From the NCBI RefSeq assembly GCF_036321535.1, contig NC_087437.1:88724001-88788000 (forward strand): a stretch of DNA of 64,000 nucleotides. Reading direction: 5' to 3'. The stretch comes from Camelus dromedarius. Taxonomy: Eukaryota. The position numbers were made by a program, and so were the translations under genes. Of this stretch, positions 49,602 through 62,410 are shown one piece after another. Within the stretch, counting starts at the first letter, position 1. Each line of letters begins with the position of its first letter. Below the pieces are notes generated by a model. That model saw only the letters and a list, made by a program, of their open reading frames with translations, did no database searches and had not been told where the DNA came from.

Positions 49602-52600
49602 TCCAAGTAATGACTCAGTATAAGAGTCTAGAACTCAAAGGAGAATCTAGGCTTGAGATAACTGGGAGTACTGGGCACTGATGTGACTCGTTCATTATGC
49701 TTTCAGCATCTGGGATGGTGCACACGTAGAACCAATTACCAGAAAATGTAGCAAATGAAGATTAGTCTTTCCATGAGCTGTTCATGAGCACAGATGGCCT
49801 CCCTCCATCTCCTCCTCTCCCCTCACATTCCACCTCATCTTTCTAAACCTCTGACTTCTTCTCTGGGATCCAGTTATTTTTGGTCCTCTTGGTCATAAAA
49901 ATGGTGAATCTGAGCCATTTCACATGGTACAGTCTTACTGCCTTCGCCATGAGAGGACATTTAGGTCTTTAAGTTTCTTCAACCTGGTGCATCACGGATT
50001 TTTCAGTCTCTTGTTTCTTTCACCTAGTTCAATCACATTCTCTTCCCATCAAAATGCTTGTGGGATGGATGATTGCGACCATCCTCCCATGTTAAAATGA
50101 TGCTGAAGGCTGCAGGTTAACCTGGAGTAAGGATTTACAGTTGAGAACAGAAGAGAGTATGATAGTGAGTCCTGAGAAGTTCCAACATTTAAACATTGAG
50201 TAGAAGGGAAGCAGAAAATTTATGAAATAGTGGCCAAAGAAAGAAAAGAGGAAATCCAGGAAGATTTAGTGTCCTCGAAGCCAAGTTAAGAGAGAATTTC
50301 TAGGAAGAAGAAACCAACTAAGTGGAAAGTTAATAAGAAGTTTTTCTCAAAGTGAATCACTGAAGATCCGTTAGATTCAACAAAATTCTGGTGATTTTCT
50401 GATGTAAGTTCAACGGAGTGATAGAAACTTTGGTGAGATTGAAGAGTCGTTTAGATGGAAGCTCTGACTTCTCAATCTGTCTTTAAACATCTTAAAGTCT
50501 TAAAAAATAATTTGTCAAAGCTTAGTATATTCAGGGGTCATGGTGAGGGCTTGGTCTAAAATAAGAACTAGTAACATTTTCCTTTGAATTTTTCCCTTTT
50601 GAAATTGAAGATACATAGCTTACACTGTGCTTTCATTTTGAATATACACACATATACATATGCAAACACATATGACTACTAACTGAATGGAATGTTTATA
50701 AAAACAGACAAAAAGCTGCATTTCCCTATATTTAACCAAATTAGCTTGCTTTGTTTACATTCTGACAGAGAAATGTTCATGTTGCTACGTGGTACTGAGT
50801 ATAACACAGTAAATACAAATTTAATTGAGGAATTATTGAGTCATGTACTTTAGTATAATGAAATACAGAATATTGCTTAAATTGCAGTATCTTACTATTT
50901 ATTAAGCCTCTAATTTATGTGAGACACTTTCAATTATGTAACTTTATTTTTTATAATAATTCTATTAATACAAAATAGAATTTGTTGGTGAACAAAATTA
51001 GAGAGCAATAAAGCAGAATTTTTTTTTTTTAATTTAGAAAGGCCATTGCATAGTAGTTTGATTTGTAAGCCAACAATAGCAGGACCCACTCCTATTAATG
51101 CTCTGGAAGCATTCAGGTCACGTTGCTTTCAGGATCATTTGAGATCCTTCTATTTGAATAGTCTTGGCTTGTGTTAAAAGTCTTTAGTCTTTCTCTGTGT
51201 ACATTAGAGGAATGCTTAGCAACCTTGTGGTTGTAACTCTTGTGGTTCTAAAACTCCTGGGTCACTTTCAGTGAATAATAATTCAAACAACATTGATCCT
51301 GAAAAGATGATTTACAGCTTTGCATATAGAGCAAGACCAATACATCCCTTCCTGGGCTCAGGGAAGCCATGTCCGTCCCTTCTCTCTCTCTCTCTCTTTT
51401 CCCTGCCATATGTCCTCCTATGAGATCTGTTAGAATCCCGGAGCAAAGGTAGGCAACCCCAAAGTGTCGTCCTGGTGTATTGTAGCCCTCTCAATGCTGT
51501 GAAAGGGCCTGCCATTCCATTCTGTTTGGATCCTCCCCAGAGATGTTTTTACCCAGGTCCTTCAGCTGATTCAGAGGGGTCAAGGAGCCAGTCTTTTATT
51601 CAGACTCTGTATCTGACCACTGCCAACTCAGGCTTTATCACAATAGCATATAATAAACAACAAAACCTTGGGAAAAGGAAACACTGCCAAAATTTTGTCT
51701 GACTCAGTAAAAATTTGAGGAGTGGATTTTTATTTTTTACTTACAGTGTAGTTGGAAGGAGCAAAAGTTACATTAGGTTCTAGTTTAGACCAGCTAAAAA
51801 AATTGCCCAGAAGCTTCTGGATCTCTGTTTTAACCCATGCTAAGGGGTAGGATTGGTGGTAGAGTAGAAATATGTGATCATGAAAGGCCAGATTCGCCAT
51901 GGCCTTTGTGTGACCTTGGAGGGCTCACCACTCTGGTCTGAGATTTCCCAGCCAGTAAAATGTGAAGATTCCACCAGAGGATCCATTTAGCTCTTATATT
52001 CAAATATTCATTTCTGCCCTCTGGACGTGCCTTAGAGGTGCACTCTGAATATCTGTTTGGTGAGGATATTACTCATAATAATTTCAGTGACTAATTAACG
52101 TAGGCCTAAAGGATAGATTTTCAAAAACAGCTCTCCCTGGTGCTTCAATACAGCATTATATTCTTGATTCAATAATTCTTTATTGAATATTTGCATAAAT
52201 AGGCCCCAAGATAACGATGATCTTTTTAACCTCTTGGAATATAACAGTTTCAATTATGTGCCACGTAGCTAACGTTTTTAAAAGGAAAAGGACATTTACT
52301 TCCCCCACCCCAATGTCATTTACTTCTCTGACAAATGTCATGGAATTTTAAGAATAGAATGTAAGTAAAGATACTCCTTTTTAGAATGTTAAGCTTTTAG
52401 GATTAGGGGGAGTGATGTCGCCAGGGTTTTAGGATTAAACAACAAACTGATGATTAGGTAAAAAAATTTTTTTAATTGTATTAAGTTTTTATTTTGAGGC
52501 AAAGGATATTTTTTTATGAAACTCAAAATGGGATGAATTGCTCATTTGGAATATGCTAGTGCTTTGGAATACATAAGACAGTGTCTTATATGATAAATCT

Positions 52601-52735
52601 TTCCAAATAGTGTTATAGTAAAAATATGTGCAATGTGATTTTTTAAAAAAGTCTAAATTACCAAAATGCGTAGAATTGGTTCATGAAATCCATTTAGATA
52701 TGTATGTTTTCATTAGTGCAACATTCTTTCCTTGG

Positions 52736-52779
52736 GTACTTTGAAAGATGACCTGCTGTACTTTGAAAGATGACCTGCT
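52736..52779. repeat. Perfect 22-bp tandem duplication
   Basis: gtactttgaaagatgacctgct occurs twice in tandem. Confidence 0.95.
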
Positions 52780-53757
52780 ACAGTTGCTCTGTAACATTCT
52801 CTGCTGAAAAGCTGTTGTCTTGAGAGCTCTCCTGCTGTGTTGTTAATAACAGTAGGATCTTAAACTGAGCTATTACCTCCACTGTATAAATCACAATTGT
52901 TTTTAATCAAAGAACATTAAAATGAGCTAGCTGCCACTGAAGGATTATTCAGGTTAAAAGGAGCTACCTTAAGCAGTCAGACTTGGAGAAGACACACACC
53001 TTGGTTTGTTTGTTTTTTGGCAAAGATTTGATTCATAAATCATATTGGAGAAAAGGAATTCCATTAGCAAAAGTAAAAGAGAATGATTCTATCCATATTA
53101 CAGAAAGAGGAAAATACCCAATCTAAATCAATCACTGAATTTCTGCTAGGGGCAGGTGCTTCACGAAGTTCAGTTCTGCCACCCAGAATCCTAGGAGCCC
53201 ATGAAAGAAAAAGAGTTCAGGAGAGGTAGATATTATTACCTAATTACCAACTCCACCTTTGAAGATGTTCAGCACTTTTCGATGGCTACCTGGTATGTTT
53301 TCTAATCTCAAAATATTTCACAAAACTTCATGTGATAGTAATTGTATATTTCATGTCCATTAATTATAAAAGCACATAGGGCCAAAAATCTATCATGAAT
53401 TCAGAGAACTTTAAAAAACTATCTTAAATTTTGAAAAAAAACATACTGAAATATTGTAAGTTTATGTGTGAGGCAGTAAGTGTGAGACCGAGTTTATTTC
53501 ATCTCTAGGCAATTCCTGGTGCATCTATGAATTTCTACATAGCAGGGAGACATGGCTGTCAGATTCTCTAAACCAGAGGTTCTCCAACTTTGTGCACAGT
53601 AATAGTCTCAGTGCATGAGATTCCTATTTGCTGTATGTTATGGATATGTATGATATGTAACATATCAAATAATGCCATTGTTGTTTTAGGTAGTCATTCT
53701 ACAAGCAGTTAATGATTTTGTCAATAGTAAAAGCAGCTATTTAAAGACTTTAAACGT

Positions 53758-53882
53758 GGGGAGTGTAGAGCTCAGTGGTACAGCACATGCTTAGCTTGCA
53801 TGAGGTCCTGGGTTCAATCCCCAGTACCTCCACTGAAAAAAAAAATAAGTAAAAACCTAATGACACCCCACCAAAAAATAAT
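53758..53882 (+). mobile_element. Camelid vic-1-type SINE
   Basis: A box and B box ('agctcagtggta', 'gggttcaatccc') followed by the A-rich/'acctaat..cacccc' tail. Confidence 0.92.
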
Positions 53883-55902
53883 CTGTAACGACTTCACCGA
53901 TATTTCAATACTGTGGGTTCTGCATAATTTCTGGCCCAGTAGCTGTAACAATACCCCTTTTCTCTGGCTACAGAAAGCATCTAATGATGTAGCATGTAAA
54001 ACTGATGCGTTTTATAGCTACTCTTGAGTCTTCTATCATTTTTAAGGGTTAATCGTACATTTTGTCCTTTTCTGCTTTTGAAAAGTGACTTGAAATCTAT
54101 CCCACAGCTGCAGCTATGTTCCATTTGAGAAAACGTTTGCTTCTGATGCTGTAGATATCCACACATCCAGAGGCAGGCATGGGGCCAGGGTCATGTTGTA
54201 CCCAAAATGTCCTTCAAAGTCTATGAAGCTGATGAAATTCTGTTCAGCCAAATATAGATGTAATTCCCCTAATGACATAGATTAAAATTTTAATATTCGG
54301 CGAGGACTTTAAAGACTCAGTCATATCTGACCGACCTGCATGAGAAATGCTGGCATGATTGCAAATAAATGCTCATTGATCAGCTGTGGCTCAGAGGGCC
54401 TTTAGGAAAAGACATATGCTCAGGTAGCAGGAGTGCAGCTCTCAGTACGCCACCGGCATTACATGCTTCAGTGCACGTGCTTAATGACAAGCAGAATGAA
54501 CGCCAGAACCGCCTTGGAGAACGCGAGATCACTGGTTCCAAGATCCACGCTTTCGCAGGTCCTAAAACTCTCATCGTTTTCCGAAGATGATACCTTTGCA
54601 AAAGATGTGCTCATGAACTGAATCACTACTTCCTATCTTATGATAGTCTTTGTTGACTGAAAATCCAGATTTATTTATTTTGAAGACATATTTCTTTGGG
54701 TCCTTTGATTTCATCTGCCTGTTCAATCTTTGGGGTCAGGGATGCTAAGTGATGGGTGGCTAGATGACATAGCACCTGTAATGAAAAAGATGGAAGAGGA
54801 AAAGAGGAAACATAAATGGTGACATCAGTGAAGCTTGTCATTGATAACACGGCCCCCTCCTCAGTTGCCAGTGTTTCCTGCTCAACATACTACGCTGAAA
54901 ATCTCATCAGGCACAGGAAGGCGATTTCTCTGAGCCTTGGGGTCTTTCTTCTTCTGTTTCAAACATACTCTTAGTAGAGGATCTGAGACTCATTCATTTT
55001 TGATTCCAGAGATGAATTTGCTGTCAAGCACATAAAATTTAAGCTTTGTTATGTAGCACCCTCCCCCCAAATCCTTTTTCTAACTTTTATTCATAATGGT
55101 GTATTATTTTTCTTATAGAGACCTGCAGGTCCCACAAAACCGGAATCAGCCCCCACTCATACAGTTTAATCGGGCAGCCCTTCCAAAGGCCGGGCTTGTA
55201 CATGGAGCTCAAAGCTTTAACATAAAGAGATGAAATTGTTATAACTGAATTTCACGTATGTGGCAATGAGGAGCAAAAAAAACCCTTTGCAGAGTGTGAG
55301 AGCAAGTGTTCCTGCATCTGCACACTGACATCGCAGCGGGCTGCGTTTACACGGGGGACCTTTGACTTGTTCTCCTTTGTTTTCTGTGGCATGACTGGGC
55401 CTCCTTATGCACAAAATTGGCAAATAATAAGAACAAGAATGACAAGAATAGTTAGTTATCATTGGACACCTAATAAATGCCAGGGCTTTTGCTAAACTAC
55501 AGCTTCCACTACAAACTTTAAGTAACTGAAGAAGTTTCCTGAATCAGAATGTAAAGAAGAACTCAGGTTTGGAGGTAGCTGGTGGGTTCAAAAAATGCAA
55601 GAGAACAGATTTTTAAAAAAAATTTTAAGATACTAGAAAAAAAATAGTCAATATTTTGAGGCAAAATTTTAAAAATTATTTAAAAATAAGTAAGAAATCT
55701 CTTTTTAACCCTTAAATTACCATATTTCAGGACACAAGACCAAAGAATCACACAATCTTCCAACTGGAAGCCATCTTGAATGACTAATTTCAGTCTCATC
55801 TCTTTCATGAAGATCCTCTCTGCTATTTTGACAGAGAGACCACCTAGCTTCAGTTCTACTGCTGTAAACATTTTCATCATTTTCAGCCAAATCTGTCTCT
55901 CT

Positions 55903-56241
55903 CTGGCGGTGTCAACAAACGATAGCCCTCAGGCCAAATGCTGCCCGGCTACATTTTTGTATGACCTGCAAGCTAAGAATGAATATCACATTTTTCAATT
56001 GTTGAGAAAAATCAAGGGAATAATAGTATTTAATGACATATGACAATTATATAAAATTTGGACTTAAGCGTCTTTATATAAAGTTTTATTAGGACATAGT
56101 CGTGGTCATTATCTGTTTATTCACTTCAAGTGTTTTCATGCTATAATGGCAGACGTGAGCAGTTGTAACAGAGAACTTAAGGCCGACAAAGTCTAGAATA
56201 TTTACTGTCTGGCCCTTTATTGAAAATGTTTCTTGATCCCT
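55903..56241. mobile_element. MER58B
   Basis: 'caggccaaat...tttttgtatgacctgcaagctaagaatg...aaagttttatt...aatatttactgtctggcccttta'. Confidence 0.85.
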
Positions 56242-56364
56242 TAGAAGCCACACAAAATGAACTTGTCTTTTTCTCTGATAGAACAGCAAATATTTCAGAC
56301 TCCTCTCTCTGGCTCCCCCCTTCTCCTTCTTTTAAAATTGGAGAGTCTCCTTATTTTGCCTTCA

Positions 56365-57300
56365 CAATTTTTTCTTAATTGAGATAATTATAGATTTGTG
56401 TGCAATTGCATGAAATAATATGAGATCCCATGTATATTTTTCCCAGTTTTACCCAATGGTTACATCTTGCAAAACTATAATGTAATATGACAACCAGACT
56501 ATTTGCAGTGATACCAGCACTGATCTTACTTAGATTTCCTCAGTTTTATTTGTACTCATATTTTGTATGTGTGTATAAATTGTATACACTTTTTGTGTAT
56601 GTATAAATTCTATACAATTGTTGTTGCCTGTAATTATGAGTTCAGAAAACATATTATTCATGTTATTTCTGGAAAAAAATTAGATGTCTGCACTAAATGA
56701 CTGAGCAATAATTCAAAATAAAAAGAAAAAATTCAAAATTAGAAAATTATATGATAAGAGAGCTGTGTGACACATATCCCAAAGCAATAGTTCTGATCTT
56801 TACTAGGTCTACCCCTTAAATTAATAAAAAACATGATCATGTTCTACAGGATTTTAAAAACATATGCTAAACATGTATTGGCATCTCATTTATTGAGTCT
56901 TTTCTACTCTTCATTTAGTTACAGTCTTAGTATAGCCGATCATTATTTTTCTAATTTGTCATTCACTTTAACTCTATTACATTGATTTAAAAATTTTTTT
57001 TATTTTGAAATAGTTGTAGACTTAAAAAACACTTGTGAAAATAGAAGAATTTCTTCCTCTTCCTCACCCTGCTTGTGTTAATGATGACACCTTACATAAC
57101 CAATGCACCGTGATCAAAATCAGTAAATTAGTATCTGTATGATACTCTGAACTATAGACGTTCCAGTTTCACCAGTTTTTCCACTGATGTTTATATTTCT
57201 GTTCCAGGATTGGATCTAGGCTCCTACATTGCATTTAGTTGTTATTTAATTTATCCCTAGTTCCAGTTAGAACCATTGAAATAATTCCTTAATTAAAAAA
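56365..57300 (-). mobile_element. Two old L1MC/MD 3'-end fragments (~56365-56620 and ~56990-57300)
   Basis: 'taattgagataattatagatt...cccaatggttacatcttgcaaaactata' and 'tttattttgaaatagttgtagact...ctacattgcatttagttg'. Confidence 0.7.
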
Positions 57301-57444
57301 AGAAGTTGTTGTTGTTGTTATTTATGAAGAGTACTTTGGACAAGTACCGGTTACGTATTGTTTTTAACTCCAATACATAGCTCTGTGAGGTCAACCAGCA
57401 TGAATACAGAGAAATTCATCTCATTTTGAAAAATATGAAAGTGA

Positions 57445-57458
57445 GACCCATCTAGTGG
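57445..57458 (-). promoter_or_regulatory. Possible CTCF motif
   Basis: The minus strand reads CCACTAGATGGGTC; the first 11 positions match the consensus. Confidence 0.35.
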
Positions 57459-60400
57459 ACAAAATATTGTATCACACAATAACCAAATGCTATTTCGTCT
57501 TCCTGAATGTATATATAAATATACAGGTACACAGACATAAAATTTGAAGTGTAAGTCAGTCAAATACTTTCTTCTTGGATTTCTTCCTGAAACAAAAAAT
57601 TGTAGTAATCAGTTTTATAATCCAATATTAACTATCTTATGAAACCAAGCACCCATTCAGAAGATTCTACAGATTGTTTTGAAAATACTAATCTCAACTC
57701 TTACTTACTTATGTGTCCAACAAAACAGAAATAAGTGATTGAGGAAGAACTTACTTATCTATGGGTGTTCCTAGTGTCTCCCACATAATGGACTTTCACA
57801 ATTTTGGAAATTACACTGGGTTAAGGTTCCCGGCATTTTACATGTATTTTCAGAACTCTGCATCACTCTGTGGCAAATAGAATTAATTTCTGCCTGCTGG
57901 TCAATCTCAAACATTGAAAGAAAACTACCAGGACTAAATCAAGCTGTTTTTATTACAGATAACTAGCCTTCCAAGTAAAATGGAATGTATTCACAATTTC
58001 TTTGGTCAAGTGATCTGAATTCTTCCGTTAAGGAGTAGAAGGAGCTAATCCTTTTCTGAAGTATGGGCGCTATTTGAGAACCAGAATAGGTTTCCTTCTT
58101 TTGAACTGAATGCCTTTTGGTAGACAAGTGATGGATGAAAGGATGAGAATATTTCTTTCTAAGACACGGGTTCTGAAATTTTTCAATAAATGCAACTACC
58201 TTAACTATGGGTTATGGGAAGGAAGTCATGAAGCTTAAACAAAGACAGCAAATGGAACTGGAAGCCATTCAAGTCAAAATCAGAGGAGAATAAAAAGGAT
58301 TTTGTAAGTAGATAAAATTTTCCCTTCAGCTAAACACTGAAGTGCACCTTCTGCTTCCATTTACATTTTTATTTACCAAAAGTAGTTTTCTGTCATGAAA
58401 AACAAATTTTTCCCCTTTCAGTGAAATCTGTAAAATGTAAACTGTTAGATATCTGTAGGCTCTTCTAGAATGCACAGCTGGAAAAACAAGAATATTTAAA
58501 CCCTCAAACGGTTTGGGTCTATTTCAAGGTTTTGTTCTTGGCCTTATGCACGAACCAGAAAGTTGCCCTTGGCCTCTAAATTTGGGAATAACAATTTAAA
58601 ACCTTCAAATACATAAGTGTTTCACTGGTGCATATTTTCTATAGAATTTGTCCATTTAAAAATATTTAACATTGAGCAACTTTAATAAGGGATGAGAAAT
58701 ACATATATAGATCTGAATATTAATATTTCATTCCTTTTCTATGAAAGTGACATTTTCTCCTAAGTCTGGACATTACCTACAATTAAATCTTTAGGCATAT
58801 TATTTTATCTGGAAGTTGATAATTTTCTGTTTAATATTCCAATGTAGTTAAAATGAATGTTTCAATATATTTAACATGCTTCATTATACCAAGATGGTAT
58901 AAAAAGAATCTTTATGCATAAACACTCATATGGTAATAGTAAAAAAAATATTATCTTTTGTAACCACGTATATGAAACCGGGCAGCTGGTGCTTGGCAGT
59001 TAAAGAAGACCCACAAAATTATTCTTGCAAATTTTGATGAAAAACTAAACCCAAAGTGACCCTTGGTGCAACTGGACAACAAGTTAGTCAAAGAAAGAAT
59101 TATTAGCAATTATGTTTCCTGATTGCCTACAAGCAGACAACACAATGCATGGTTAGGAGTCTCATGTACGTCCGGTTTTTTTAGCTAGCTTCTTGGTCTG
59201 GTCCTTCGAAGCACCATGGACCGAGATTTTACTCTTTACATCAGAATCAGAGTATATGTTCATCCTTAAATATCTTCTTGCTTCTGCCTTATGTTAGAAT
59301 ATCACTCCAACTTACTGTAATATATATAAGATTAACGTGCAAAAATTAGCTGCTGTCAATTTACTACTGTGAGTCTTTCCTGGAAGCATATCTCAATGGA
59401 CGCAGGAGGAAATGGGCAAACAAAAATGAGAGAGGAAGACTTGATGAAATTATACAAGAGACGTGATGTCCAAAGACCAGCCTCTGCCCACTTCACAGTT
59501 TGGCCCACAGCAGCACCAGCAGGAATTAGTTGTTTTGGATCCTGCCCTTTGTCTCTGCCTCCTGTCTTGGTTGTGATGGGGGACAGAATAATATTAAGAC
59601 ATTAACTATGTTTCCTTTCCTTTTTCCCACTTGGATTTATTCTTTCCCTTCTTCCCAACTCCAGCAGACAGACTTGGCTGTGTTCATCTCTTCCAGGAGG
59701 GAAGTGTCAAAACAAAAACACAATGACCACAACAGCCACAACAACCAAAACAATAACAATTTCATAAAAAGAGAATGTTTGAGCCTCTTCTTGGCTTTTG
59801 TTTTCAAATACTTAAGGCCTTGAGGGAACAAAGAGGATTCAAGATGTAAAGATACATGAAGAAAAAGTAATTTCCTTTTCCACCAACTCTCCCAACAGGA
59901 GAGAGGAGAGATGGAGACTGCATAAGAATGAAGGTTGGGAGGGACGTGGGGAGTGGAGAGAGATTGACTGTGTTCTTTATGTCTATGGTTAGAGTCCTGA
60001 ATGTTGATTTCAAGGCCCAAATGCTATAGATGTCATTGCAGCAATTTCTGTAACCCTAACAAGTCATGGAAGCGTCATTTTATGGCAAATAACAAACCTA
60101 CTAGAAGGGGCCATGGGAGTAGAAATTTCAGTGCTGAGCTTAATGGTCTGATGTCCAAGGGCCACAGGCATCAACACATGAATGGAATTATTAAAGATGT
60201 GGTTCCCCACCCTCTAAGTACTTGGAATTATTGAAGTCTCCCCAAACTTAAACCCAAGCCCAGGGAAAGGAGCAGGAAGACTAAACTGACATAAAACAAT
60301 TTTCTGCTGCGCTGACAAAATGAGTGCTCAAAATAAAATTAACTTACTTTGTGTGTGACACAAAGTACAGTTCTTACACACTTACTGATATTCACATCTG

Positions 60401-60774
60401 CTATTAACACACAGGAAGCCAACACCCTGCAGTGAAGGAGGGCTTCACACTATCAGCAAAGATAGCAACATCGGAGCAAAGTCTGAAAGATGAGTAAGAT
60501 TGTGCCTGATGAATAATGGATAAGGAGCATTCAGAGAAAGGGAGAGTCCACACAATGCTATGAAAGGAAGAGAGAGAATTGTGTGTATGAGTAAGATCAA
60601 GAGATACCCTTTGGAGCACAGGCACCTGAGAATTAGTGGACAGAGAGTCATGAGGATGGAAAAGCAGACACAACTGGATGGAACATTAAGAGTCCCTGCT
60701 GAGAAGTGTTGATTTAGTCCTACTGTTGATAAGGATTTATTAAAAAAATTTTAATAATCCTACTTGCTTCTGTT

Positions 60775-60918
60775 TACTTTTATTTATTTTTAGGGGGAGA
60801 TTGGTAATTAGGTTTATCTAATGTAGTTTATTTTATTTTTATGAAGGTACTGGGGATTGAACCCAGGACCTCATGCGTGCTAAGCATGTGCTCTACCACT
60901 GAGCTATACTCACTCCCC
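60775..60918 (-). mobile_element. Camelid vic-1-type SINE
   Basis: 'aggtactggggattgaacccaggacctcatgcgtgctaagcatgtgctctaccactgagctatac' is the reverse complement of the SINE body. Confidence 0.93.
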
Positions 60919-61977
60919 TAAAAATATTTTAAACAGAGGCATAGCTTGACCAAATCTGGCTTTTATAAAATTAACTCAGGCAGAGCATGTAGGATTCTTT
61001 GAATAAAGGCAGACGGATCAGTTAGGAAACTGATGAGAAATTATTATGATTTAAACTGTGGGAGTGGGGACAGAAGACAGTTGAAATGTACTTGGCTTAT
61101 TTAATTGATGGGACTTGGCATATTTGACATTAGTGGTGAGGGAGCGGTGGATGCTAGCTCCCAGTTTCTGAATGGAATGTTAGTATAATTAATCAAGCAA
61201 GATAAGGACTATCAGGATGAGATATGTACAGATGACCAGTTGACTATTGGAAAGAGGTTTTTGGATTTCTGGACTAAAAGCAGACTGGGGAAATTCCATG
61301 ACCACAAAGTGTGGTTTGAGTAAATTTGTACCGATTTTGCAATATATGTAATCTTCACCACACTTTCCCTACTTCTCTGTCACTTTCCTTCTTCAACCTT
61401 GAATCAAGCAGCAAATCTAGTATTTTCAGTGCTGCTCAGATTTGACATCCCCTGTGCTTCTGACTTTATTTTTGGTCCCAATCTGCCTTTTACTGGACTT
61501 TCCCTTTTTTGATTAAATTTTGGAATCTTGAACATAATCCTCTTGTCTCTGGATGGATTGAAATGACCTTGTCCTGCTTTATGGCAGGAAATAGACCTTG
61601 AACCATTCCAGCAAAGCAGAAAAATAATAGACTAGGCATTATACTTCCACACTCTGTAGACAGAAAATCACCTTGTCAGTGGACCAAACTGGCATTCATT
61701 CATCAACTGAGCAGGTGGCAGCCGTAGAGGATCAAGGAATTGCCAGATAAGCCAATTCCTCCAACTGTGATTTCTTCACTTTAGGTTCATATTTTAAGTA
61801 ATCTACATACATTAATTCATTTAGTCCCTTATGAAATAATTAATATTATAATCCCTATTCTACAGATGAAGAAACTGAGACACAGAAAAATTACATTGAT
61901 CAGTATCACACAATAATGTGGATTCAAACCCAAACAGTCTAGCTCCCGAAACTTTACAGCTATTTAATACATGGCAC

Positions 61978-62410
61978 CCAGTTGCCTTAGCTTTCTACTG
62001 CCGCTGTAGCACATTACTACAAACCTAAAGGCTTAGAACGACATAAATTTATTATCTTCCAGTCCTTGAGGTCAGAAGTAGACATGGATCTTGGGAGACC
62101 TCTGGAGGTCAGTATCCCAAAAGGTCTAAAATCAAGTGTTCTGTACCTTCTGAAGACTCTAGGAAAGAATCTCTTTTTCATCTTTTCCCACTTCTAGAAA
62201 TGACCCACCTTCCTTGGCTTGGAACCCTGTTCTTCATCTTTGAAGTCAGCCTGTAGCATCTTCAAATCTCTTTCAAACTCTGCTGCCATGGTCGCATCTC
62301 CACCTCTTATGGTTATCATATCCTGTTAGCCACATAGGCAACACATTCACAAGTTTCGGGGATTAGAATATGGACATCTTTGGGGAGACACTATTTTTTC
62401 TGCCATACCA
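61978..62410 (-). mobile_element. MLT1C/D-type solo LTR
   Basis: 'gccgctgtagcacattactacaaac...aaatttattatctt...ggattagaatatggacatctttgggg...tgccatacca'. Confidence 0.85.

Noticed and set aside
49551..49624. Repeat-spacer-repeat resembling a minimal CRISPR unit
   Set aside because: There are only two repeats, in mammalian DNA with no cas genes. It is explained as a TSD around a tRNA fragment.
53758..53832. tRNA-Ala-like sequences here and at 28.9, 60.9 and 63.8 kb as tRNA genes
   Set aside because: They share a SINE-specific head and A-rich tail, lack a paired acceptor stem and diverge from each other. They are SINEs.
61708..61721. TGAGCAGGTGGCAG as a CTCF site
   Set aside because: It lacks the leading CC and is equally explained as an E-box; too weak to call.
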